From a virus (lineage: Duplodnaviria > Caudoviricetes), in the IMG/VR virus record IMGVR_UViG_3300037264_007944, positions 1 to 61,161 of that record: a stretch of DNA of 61,161 bases; one strand, written 5' to 3'. Positions 1-7,781 of this stretch are shown here, piece after piece. The position numbers were made by a program, and so were the translations under genes. The notes beneath the pieces are model-generated. The model had not been told where the DNA came from and searched no databases. It saw only the letters and a list, made by a program, of their open reading frames with translations. Each line of letters opens with the position of its first letter. Position 1 is the first letter of the stretch.

Positions 1-2
1 CC

Positions 3-458
3 AGAGCGGGCACACAGCACGCCTGGAAGAACGAGGCGGACTTCATCCGCGAAGTGAAGAGGAAGCTGAAGGACAAATTCTGGAGCTCCTCCTACGAGGG
101 GCCAAGCGTCTTCTTCGGGCCGCCTGACCCAGCGAAGATCGGGCCACAGCATCCGATGAACGTGCTGAAGACGCAGACGTTGAAGATCAATCTGACCAAG
201 CTCCTGAAGAAAGAGCCGAAGACGGTCATCCACGGATCGGAGCTCGTCCCGTACGACCCGAATGGTCCGAAGTACCAGGGCGAGAAGCGGCACCACCCGA
301 TCACGGCCGAGGAAGCTCGCGCCTACATCAAGACGAAACCGGAAGTCCTCTGGAAGCACTACAGCGACCCGAAGGGAAGGCGCTACGCCGGCGGCGTACC
401 CCACGCGCACATAGTCACTCCTTCTGGCATAATCCCGCGCGAGTTCTTAGAATTCTAG
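3..458 (+). CDS. hypothetical protein, probably 5'-truncated by the window edge
   Basis: Frame is open from position 3 through the ORF-track start at 54 to TAG at 458. Confidence 0.6.
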   Translation, partial: RAGTQHAWKNEADFIREVKRKLKDKFWSSSYEGPSVFFGPPDPAKIGPQHPMNVLKTQTLKINLTKLLKKEPKTVIHGSELVPYDPNGPKYQGEKRHHPITAEEARAYIKTKPEVLWKHYSDPKGRRYAGGVPHAHIVTPSGIIPREFLEF

Positions 459-461
459 TCC

Positions 462-1076
462 ATGGGCCTGTTCACCGGATGGCGCAACCGTAAGAACAAA
501 AAAGAAGAGCCCAAGTCCTCCCACACGCTCCCCGACTTCGTCCGCGGCATCCAGCACGCCGTCAACACCGCCGCCCTCATGTACGAGCAGAGCGTCGAAG
601 GCTTCCTCGATCGCCACCTCAGGCAGGACGGCACCCCTGAGATCCAGGTCGTCAAGATCCCCAACTCCAAGTACGTCCTCCTCGCGCCAACGATGACGGT
701 CTCACGACCGCCGGACATGATCCTCGAAGAGATGGAAGTCAAGATGTGCATCCGGGTGGACAAGACAGAGGTGAAGGCTGGCCACCCCGCAGGAGACCCG
801 GAGGTCACCCGCTCCAGCTTCCAGGTGTCCCTGGCGTCCGGCAAGTCGAGCGAGAAGAGCTCGAGCGACATCGACATCGTGATGAAGTTCAAGCGCGGCG
901 ACGCTCCAGAAGGCGTGTCCCGCATCATGGAGGCGTTCGTCAACTCGATCGTCCCGGTGGATCCGCCGGTCAATCCGATCCCCGCCTTCGAGCCCGACGC
1001 CAACCCGCCCACGGGCGAGACGACCACGATCCTGAAGCCCAAGGACGGAGAACAGCCGGCGTCTCCTGCCGTATAA
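462..1076 (+). CDS. DUF2589-like protein
   Basis: LPDFVRGIQHAV N-terminus and IDIVMKFK.GD.PEGVSRI C-terminal motif resemble DUF2589. Confidence 0.6.
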   Translation: MGLFTGWRNRKNKKEEPKSSHTLPDFVRGIQHAVNTAALMYEQSVEGFLDRHLRQDGTPEIQVVKIPNSKYVLLAPTMTVSRPPDMILEEMEVKMCIRVDKTEVKAGHPAGDPEVTRSSFQVSLASGKSSEKSSSDIDIVMKFKRGDAPEGVSRIMEAFVNSIVPVDPPVNPIPAFEPDANPPTGETTTILKPKDGEQPASPAV

Positions 1077-1077
1077 T
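1050..1077 (+). promoter_or_regulatory. putative phage promoter GAACAGC-N15-TATAAT (leaderless)
   Basis: Same 15-nt spacing as the other copies; GTG start 6 nt after the -10. Confidence 0.65.
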
Positions 1078-1083
1078 CCACGG

Positions 1084-2571
1084 GTGAGCAAAGCCGTCTT
1101 TCTGGAGAAGCTCGCCGCCATCTCCAAGAGCATCACCCTCCAAGCCCACCAGGAAGAGGCGGCGAAGAAATCCAGGTCAGGCGGATCCGGCATCCTGCTC
1201 AACTGGGGCCTTGGCTCAGGGAAGACCATCGGCGCGCTGAATATCTCCGAGGGCCGCGGAGGGAACACCCTGGTCGTGGTACCCGCGTCCCTGCGCGAGA
1301 ACTTCAGGGGCCAGATCCAGCAGGCCGTCACCAAGGACAGGCGCGGGACCTACAACATCGTCAGCTACGAGGCGTTCAAGAAGGACCCCGAGGGCATCAT
1401 CGCCAGGACGAAGCCGTCCACACTCATCGTCGACGAGGTGCACCGCCTCAGGAACGTCGCTCCGCGGGAGCCGTTCGATAGAGTTCGAAGCCAGATCCCC
1501 TACATGATCGGGCTCACGGGAAGCCTCGTGAACAACAGGCCCGAAGAAGTCGTCCCGCTCGTCAACCTCGTGGCAGGAAAGAAGGTCTACAACTCAGAGG
1601 ACGAGTTCGTCAGGGCGCACATCCAGCAGACGAAAGTCTTCCCTGGCGTGATCCCGTGGATGCGCGGTGCGAAGTCCGGCATCAAGGAGTCGATCAAGAA
1701 CAAGAAGGGCATCGCGGACCGCCTGGGCCCGCACGTCCACAGGTTCACCGGAAGCAAGGAGTACCTCAAGAGCGTCCCCAAAGTCGAGGAGGCCGTGGAG
1801 ACGGTCGAGCTCACCGACGAGCAGGAAAAGCTCTACTCCATGCTCGAGAACAAGAACCCGATCCTGGCTCAGAAGATCCGGCAGAACCTGCCTCCGAGCA
1901 AGCGCGACCTGACCAACATGAACTCGTTCCTGACGGCCGCCAGGCAGATCGCCAACACGCCGTCCGCCTACGTACAGTCCGGCTCGACGGCGTCCCCGAA
2001 GCGCGACCAGATCGTGCGGTCTATCGTGAGCAAGCTAAACCGGGACGAGAACTACAAGGCGATCGTCTACAGCAACTTCCTGGAGAGCGGGGTGAGCCCG
2101 GTCGTGGACCAGCTGGCCAGGTCAAAAGTCCCAGCCGCGGCGTTCACAGGGGAGCTCAACGACGCCCAGCGCAAGGCCCTGGTGGAGAGGTTCAACAGGG
2201 GGGAGCTCAAGGTGCTTGGGCTCTCCCCTGCTGGTGGGGAAGGACTGGACCTCAAGGGCGTGAAAGCGGTCCACCTCATGGAGGAGCACTGGAACCCGGA
2301 GCGCGCCCGCCAAGCGGTTGGGCGCGGCGCCAGGTTCATGAGCCACGAGCACCTCCCCGAGGAGGAGCGCAACGTCAACGTGACCAGGCACCTCGCCGTC
2401 CACGAGCCGACCTTCATGAACCGGGTGTTCGGCACGAAGAAGAAGATGTCCGTTGACGAGTGGATCGACCAGCGTCGCAGGGAGAAGCTGGAGCTCAACA
2501 AGGACCTGATGACCGCAATCCCGAAGTCCGCCGCGGACATGGGTGTACAGCCGGCCTGGAAGACGCTTTAA
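1084..2571 (+). CDS. SNF2-family (SF2) helicase/ATPase
   Basis: GLGSGKT Walker A, DEVH, GLTGS, YSNF, GEGLDL, WNP..QAVGRGAR motifs. Confidence 0.92.
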   Translation: MSKAVFLEKLAAISKSITLQAHQEEAAKKSRSGGSGILLNWGLGSGKTIGALNISEGRGGNTLVVVPASLRENFRGQIQQAVTKDRRGTYNIVSYEAFKKDPEGIIARTKPSTLIVDEVHRLRNVAPREPFDRVRSQIPYMIGLTGSLVNNRPEEVVPLVNLVAGKKVYNSEDEFVRAHIQQTKVFPGVIPWMRGAKSGIKESIKNKKGIADRLGPHVHRFTGSKEYLKSVPKVEEAVETVELTDEQEKLYSMLENKNPILAQKIRQNLPPSKRDLTNMNSFLTAARQIANTPSAYVQSGSTASPKRDQIVRSIVSKLNRDENYKAIVYSNFLESGVSPVVDQLARSKVPAAAFTGELNDAQRKALVERFNRGELKVLGLSPAGGEGLDLKGVKAVHLMEEHWNPERARQAVGRGARFMSHEHLPEEERNVNVTRHLAVHEPTFMNRVFGTKKKMSVDEWIDQRRREKLELNKDLMTAIPKSAADMGVQPAWKTL

Positions 2572-2572
2572 T
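2545..2572 (+). promoter_or_regulatory. degenerate phage promoter GTACAGC-N15-TTTAAT
   Basis: Same geometry; ATG 2579 lies 6 nt downstream. Confidence 0.4.
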
Positions 2573-2578
2573 ATACCC

Positions 2579-3181
2579 ATGCCGGATGAGCCGATGAACC
2601 TCCCTGGCGAAGGGCCGCTGGACCCAAAGCCAGAGCGCAACACAACGATAGTTGTGAAGGATCCGACGAAGCAGAGCTTCTGGCGCTTCCGAAACATCGC
2701 GCTCCTGGTGCTGACCGCTGTGCTTCCTGCCACCACGGGCTGGATCTACAACAAGTCCGAGCAGAGCGTCACCAACTACTTCAACAAGCAGAAATCCCAG
2801 GACGAGCGGATTCGGATCCTCGAGGAAGACACCCGCGAGCGGCTGAAGGAACTCGAGAACGATCACGCCAACAACAAAGCAATCTGGGACGCGATCGCCG
2901 AGGAGCGGACCAAACAGACCGAGCAGGAGATCGAGCTCCGGGTGCTGCAGCGCATCGTGGACCACGAGTTCAGGCGGTCCATCATGGCGTCGCGTCCGAA
3001 GCCTGAGAAGGAACCTAGTACCACGCCGGGGGAAACCCCGGCGGAACTTTTCCCGCCGCTTCCGGTCCCGCCGCAGCCGCTTCCGGTCCCGAAGCCGGCG
3101 CCGAGGATCGACCCAGACAGGTACCGTCTCGAGCAGGAGTCGAAGTTCCCGAAGCCTGCACCGAATCAGCAGAAGAAATGA
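2579..3181 (+). CDS. membrane-anchored coiled-coil protein with Pro-rich C-terminus
   Basis: One hydrophobic helix (IALLVLTAVLPATTGWIY), charged heptads, PPLPVPP tail; start moved to ATG 2579. Confidence 0.7.
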   Translation: MPDEPMNLPGEGPLDPKPERNTTIVVKDPTKQSFWRFRNIALLVLTAVLPATTGWIYNKSEQSVTNYFNKQKSQDERIRILEEDTRERLKELENDHANNKAIWDAIAEERTKQTEQEIELRVLQRIVDHEFRRSIMASRPKPEKEPSTTPGETPAELFPPLPVPPQPLPVPKPAPRIDPDRYRLEQESKFPKPAPNQQKK

Positions 3182-3483
3182 ATATCTCCGACCCATTCGT
3201 CCAGGGCTTTCTTTGCGAGCTTGAAAAGGACGCCGGGCTCAAGCAGAGGTTAATGGCCGGGGTGACTGCGGCCGGGATGTGCGTAGGCGGCGGATGCGCC
3301 AAGCCTGTGGAGCAGGCTGTCATAAGGGCGGCGAAGCCGGCGAGCGCCATTGAGCACTCTCAAGGGCTTGTCGACTCCATCACCGATCGTACGCTTAGGG
3401 ATAAGATGCAGAAGCTCGTCGACATACGGAAGTCGGAAGAGATCAATAAAAACATCAACGCCGTTGTCGGCTCAAAAAAATAG
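3178..3483 (+). CDS. small protein with GFxxELEKxA leader (putative internal head protein)
   Basis: FVQGFLCELEKDA followed by a Gly/Ala-rich hydrophobic segment; ATGA overlap with the upstream gene. Confidence 0.65.
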   Translation: MNISDPFVQGFLCELEKDAGLKQRLMAGVTAAGMCVGGGCAKPVEQAVIRAAKPASAIEHSQGLVDSITDRTLRDKMQKLVDIRKSEEINKNINAVVGSKK

Positions 3484-3512
3484 TCAGGAGGCCGTATGGC
3501 CGACAAGCTGAG

Positions 3513-3641
3513 TCACCTGGCGGCCTCCTGTGCGGGCACGACTACGCCGCTGAGTGGCCTGGCGTGAAGATGGCCGTCAAGGAGACAGACCTCGACTTCA
3601 GGGTCGCGGATGGCGCGAAGATCTGGTACGTGACCCTATGA
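3513..3641 (+). pseudogene. C-terminal remnant of a class I SAM methyltransferase (Methyltransf_24-like)
   Basis: Reads SPGGLLCGHDYAAEWPGVKMAVKE...WYVTL*; no in-frame start before the motif; stop overlaps ATG 3638. Confidence 0.6.
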
Positions 3642-4405
3642 GAAGTCTCGCCGTGGCCAGAGCTGGGGACAAGTCGACGCACGATACGTGGGCGAAAGGT
3701 CGAAACGGACGCTTCGCCATGCTGGTGGGGTCGTACGCAGGCGACCCTGAGAAGTGGCGGGATGGGGCAGACTTCCATCACCACGAGAAGGGCCTCAAGT
3801 ACCAGTGGTTCTACTCGTACCTGAAGACGAACCCGTGGGTATTCGACTTCGACGCTGTGTGGCTGGTCGACGACGACATCGCCATGGACTCCGATTCCGT
3901 GGCCGATATGTTCGACATATTCCACGAGCGCGATCTGTGGATTGCGCAGCCGTCGATCCGGGCTCCCGGCCAAGGCTCGTACCCATGCGGCTTCCCTATT
4001 CTGACGACGGTCAGAGGGAGTCTGCTGCGGCATCTCGACAGCATTGAGGAGCAGGCGCCAATCTTTTCCAAGGAGGCCTTGAAGAGGATCTGGAAGTCGT
4101 TCGGAGCCAACCAGAGCGGATGGGGGATTCGACTGCTTTGGAAGCACGAGCTGAAGGCGCCTGTCGGGAAGGTCGGCGTGATTGACGCCGTTGTTGCGCA
4201 GCACACGCGGCTTGCCGGTACCGGCCCCATGTACAAAGAGGTGCTCAGTGGCATGAAGATCTCGGCCAAGAATGAATACGCCGAAATTTTGCGAAGGCAC
4301 AACAACGAGTCGAAGCTGATCCAACTCGGCTCCGTGCCTCTCGATCCCAATCACCCGAAGACCGAAGAGCGCCTTCGGCGGCAAGGCGCTCTATATGCGG
4401 TATGA
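3638..4405 (+). CDS. DUF707-family glycosyltransferase-like protein
   Basis: KGLKYQW, FDAVWLVDDDI, LWIAQPS, IEEQAPIFS, SGWG motifs; start ATG 3638. Confidence 0.75.
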   Translation: MRSLAVARAGDKSTHDTWAKGRNGRFAMLVGSYAGDPEKWRDGADFHHHEKGLKYQWFYSYLKTNPWVFDFDAVWLVDDDIAMDSDSVADMFDIFHERDLWIAQPSIRAPGQGSYPCGFPILTTVRGSLLRHLDSIEEQAPIFSKEALKRIWKSFGANQSGWGIRLLWKHELKAPVGKVGVIDAVVAQHTRLAGTGPMYKEVLSGMKISAKNEYAEILRRHNNESKLIQLGSVPLDPNHPKTEERLRRQGALYAV

Positions 4406-5471
4406 TTTCGTCGTCGTCGGGGCCGGGATGTTCGGCGCGTCGTTCGCAAGGATGGCGGCCGACAAGGGCAAGAAGGTCCTTGTGCTGGACGCCAAGCCGC
4501 ACACGGGCGGGATGTGCCACACCGAGATGGTTGACGGGATCATCCACCACAAGTACGGGCCGCACGTCTTCCACACCAATAGCCAGGAGATCTGGGACTT
4601 CGTGAACCGCTTCGTCGAGTGGCGCCAGTTCACGGTGAGGACGAAGGCCTTCCACCAGGGCAGGATGTACCCGCTCCCGTTCGCGATGCCAATGTTCCAC
4701 ATGCTGTGGGGCGTCGTGAGGCCGGCGGACGCGATCGCCCGCCTCGAGAAGGCCAAGGTCAAGATCGAGAACCCGAGGAACATGAAGGAGTGGGCTCTCG
4801 CCAACCTCGGCTACGAGATCTACGATAAGTTCATCCACGATTACACGGTGAAGCAGTGGGGCGTGGAGCCCGAGGATATCCCGGCGTCGACCCTCCGCAG
4901 GCTCCCGGTCCGCATGACGTACGACGACAACTACTTCACCGACCGATGGCAGGCGGTCCCGATCGGCGGCTATGCACCGATGTTCGACAAGATGCTCGAC
5001 GGGATCGAGGTGAAGCTGGGCACGGACTACTTCTCAGACCGTGACGGATTTGACCGGCTTGGCCAGGTGATCTACACCGGCAGGGTCGACCGCTTCTTCG
5101 ACTACGCCCTCGGAGAGCTAGATTTCCGGACCTGCCGGTTCGACACGAAGTCCATGACCGGGGACTATCAGGGGAACCCCGTCGTCCACTACGTCGAGCG
5201 GGACTACCCGTTCACGCGGGTGATCGAGCACAAGCACTTCAGCAACCCCGCAGCCAAGAACACGATTGTGACCTGGGAGTACCCCGGAGCAGCCGGTCGT
5301 GAACTGGAGCCGTTCTACCCGGTCAACAACGAGAAGAACGACGCCTTGTACGCTCGGTACTGCGCCCTCGAACACAAGGCCGTTTTCGCCGGAAGGGTTG
5401 GCAGCTACCGGTACTTCGACATGTGCGAGGTGATCGCTCAGGCAAAGCAGCTTGTGGGGTGTCTTTCGTGA
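4395..5471 (+). CDS. glf: UDP-galactopyranose mutase
   Basis: VVGAGMFG FAD motif, HKYGPHVFHT, YTVKQWG, TRVIEHKHF, EPFYP, GRVGSYRYFDM. Confidence 0.95.
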   Translation: MRYDFVVVGAGMFGASFARMAADKGKKVLVLDAKPHTGGMCHTEMVDGIIHHKYGPHVFHTNSQEIWDFVNRFVEWRQFTVRTKAFHQGRMYPLPFAMPMFHMLWGVVRPADAIARLEKAKVKIENPRNMKEWALANLGYEIYDKFIHDYTVKQWGVEPEDIPASTLRRLPVRMTYDDNYFTDRWQAVPIGGYAPMFDKMLDGIEVKLGTDYFSDRDGFDRLGQVIYTGRVDRFFDYALGELDFRTCRFDTKSMTGDYQGNPVVHYVERDYPFTRVIEHKHFSNPAAKNTIVTWEYPGAAGRELEPFYPVNNEKNDALYARYCALEHKAVFAGRVGSYRYFDMCEVIAQAKQLVGCLS

Positions 5472-6211
5472 AGGTCTCATTCTGCACGTCGTGCATGGGC
5501 AGGGCGCACCACTTGAAGCAGACCCTTCCGGCGAATCTTGTCCACAACTCTAACGTGGACACGGAGTTCGTGGTGCTGAGCTACAACTCCAAGGACGATC
5601 TGCACGAGTGGATGCAGCAGTTCCTCGCCACCAACCCTATGGCCTTCCGGGTGGCGTACTTCCATGAAAGAACGGCCCAGTTCTTTGATCCGAGGCACGC
5701 CAAGAACGTGGCGCACCTGTTGGCGACTGGCGACGTGGTTGTCAACCTAGACGCGGACAACTTCACGGGTCCTGAATATGCCACCAAGCTTGTTGAGCTG
5801 TTCGCTTCCCCTAACGTGTGCGTCACGACGAACGATGTGAACAAGAGCATGTCTGGTAAGATAGCCCTCCGCAAAGATGCTTTTTTGCGCTTACGCGGAT
5901 ACGACGAATCTTTTACTGGCTGGGGGGGCGAAGATCTTGATCTTGTAAGGCGAGCCGTAAACTCCGGAATTGGGCGCGTAGAGCTGGTGTGGAACGGTGA
6001 GTCCGCCATAGCGCACTCCGACGAAGACCGGGTCCGCAACTTTCAGATGGGTGGAAAAGCGCGGTACGTGACCAACAGGGATAACGTGGATCGGTCTAGG
6101 CGGCGTCCGCCGACGGAATTGGTGAACAAGGCTGGGTTCGGCAAGGCGCTGGTTTACGTCGGGCTTACTGACCGCACGCTCGAAGTTGGCGTGCGTGGGG
6201 AGGCGGGGTGA
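5468..6211 (+). CDS. GT-A glycosyltransferase (GT2/GT7-like)
   Basis: SFCTSCMGRAHHL, AKNVAH, NLDADN DxD, GYDESFTGWGGED; GTG 5468 overlaps the glf stop. Confidence 0.85.
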   Translation: MKVSFCTSCMGRAHHLKQTLPANLVHNSNVDTEFVVLSYNSKDDLHEWMQQFLATNPMAFRVAYFHERTAQFFDPRHAKNVAHLLATGDVVVNLDADNFTGPEYATKLVELFASPNVCVTTNDVNKSMSGKIALRKDAFLRLRGYDESFTGWGGEDLDLVRRAVNSGIGRVELVWNGESAIAHSDEDRVRNFQMGGKARYVTNRDNVDRSRRRPPTELVNKAGFGKALVYVGLTDRTLEVGVRGEAG

Positions 6212-7017
6212 CCACCACGTACTTTACGGCCTGTAATACCCCGTACTGGCCCTTCGTGCTCCCCTATGCTGTCTCCGCCCTCCATCACGACGCCAAAGCG
6301 GTTGTGGAAATCTGCGTCGAGAATCCCGACCGCTTCCAAACCGTCTATGCCGCCGGTATCGACGTCATCGAGCGCCACTTCCCTGACCGATTTCTTCTGC
6401 GCGGAGCCAAATTCAAAGACATCTTGCCGAACTCCGTCCGGTTCGTGGAGACGCCGACGCTGGTCTCGGACTACACCTACATCGGAGACATCGACATCCT
6501 CATCCTCGACCGAAACGTGACGGCCGCCCACGTGGCGAATATGGCCAAGACCGGGCTCCCTTATAGCAACTGCTTGCGTCCGGGGACGCAACGCCTGACC
6601 GGGCTCCATTTCACGCGCACGGACGCCCACTACCCTCTCGTCATCCCGCCCGACGCGAACCTGCGGGAATACGACGAGGAACTGCTCCTCCGTCTGATCG
6701 TCGCCAAGGGCTTGCAGGCGCCGAACCCCGAGAGTACATTTCGCCCACTCCACGGAATCCATTTCTCCATCAGACGTCCGCCTACGCAAACGCCTGAAAA
6801 GTTCCCGCACTGGGCGATAACCGCCGATGCTGCCAGTAGCTACCTGGCGCTTTGGGAGGCGCCGAGTTGGCAGGCGGCCTCAGCGTATTTCCATCCTGCG
6901 TACCGCACCTTGCTCATGATGCTCGACGCAGTCCTTCAGGAGCGGTACCCATCCAAGCTCGTCTATAGAAGAAACGAAGCCGTCGCACTGTGGTCGCATT
7001 TGACCAAGGAATCTTAG
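6208..7017 (+). CDS. putative GT-A fold glycosyltransferase
   Basis: YIGDIDILIL DxD motif; position inside the GT cassette. Confidence 0.55.
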   Translation: MTTTYFTACNTPYWPFVLPYAVSALHHDAKAVVEICVENPDRFQTVYAAGIDVIERHFPDRFLLRGAKFKDILPNSVRFVETPTLVSDYTYIGDIDILILDRNVTAAHVANMAKTGLPYSNCLRPGTQRLTGLHFTRTDAHYPLVIPPDANLREYDEELLLRLIVAKGLQAPNPESTFRPLHGIHFSIRRPPTQTPEKFPHWAITADAASSYLALWEAPSWQAASAYFHPAYRTLLMMLDAVLQERYPSKLVYRRNEAVALWSHLTKES

Positions 7018-7019
7018 GG

Positions 7020-7781
7020 ATGAGGATCTCGCTGTGCGTGCCCTGCATGGGGCGGGCCCACCATTTGCAGAAGACGCTGCCTAAAAATTTGGCGGACAAC
7101 GCCGGGTGCGACGGACTTGAGATCGTGGTCTTGGATTACAACTCCAAAGACGGCCTAGAGGACTGGATGCGCTCGGAGATGGCCGACGACCTCGCCAACG
7201 GCAGGGTGGCGTATTACCGGGAGCGGGCGGCCAAGTTCTTCAACCCAAGGCACGCGAAGAACGTAGCCCATCTTCTCGGACGCGGTGAAATCCTCGTCAA
7301 CATCGACGCCGACAATTTTACCGGGCCGGGATACGCGCAGAAGATCATAGACCTGCTCTCGGAGCCGAACGTCTTCATGCGAGCGGATCAGGCAGGCCCC
7401 GGCAGCAGCAGGCCACGGCACATGAGGGGGATCGCCGGAAGGATCGCCTTCCGACGGGAGAGCTTCCTGAAGCTGCGCGGATACGATGAGATCTGCCTCG
7501 GCTATGGTGGCGAAGATTCGGATATCACGCGCCGCGCAACACTCGTGGGACTTCGGAGAGTACTGCTGACCTGGCCCGGAGAAGACGTGATAGACCACTC
7601 CAATCAGGAAAGAACCGCACGCTTTGAACACGGCGGGAACGATGTATCATGCAAGCCATACAACGAGATTTGGCACAAGCGTACGGCTGATGCCGCCGTG
7701 AATCCGGACGGTTATGGCCAGGCGACAGTGCTGCGCGGCTTCTCGGATGAAGTCGTGCAAGTCGGCGTTGGACCTTCTTGA
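7020..7781 (+). CDS. GT-A glycosyltransferase, paralogue of 5468..6211
   Basis: CMGRAHHLQKTLP, NIDADNFTGP, LRGYDE..GYGGED shared with the upstream paralogue. Confidence 0.85.
   Translation: MRISLCVPCMGRAHHLQKTLPKNLADNAGCDGLEIVVLDYNSKDGLEDWMRSEMADDLANGRVAYYRERAAKFFNPRHAKNVAHLLGRGEILVNIDADNFTGPGYAQKIIDLLSEPNVFMRADQAGPGSSRPRHMRGIAGRIAFRRESFLKLRGYDEICLGYGGEDSDITRRATLVGLRRVLLTWPGEDVIDHSNQERTARFEHGGNDVSCKPYNEIWHKRTADAAVNPDGYGQATVLRGFSDEVVQVGVGPS

Noticed and set aside
2579-3483. Spanin pair (TM coiled coil plus GGC lipobox-like ORF)
   Set aside because: The second ORF starts with an acidic GFxxELEKDA leader rather than a signal peptide and no endolysin is adjacent; not excluded but unsupported.
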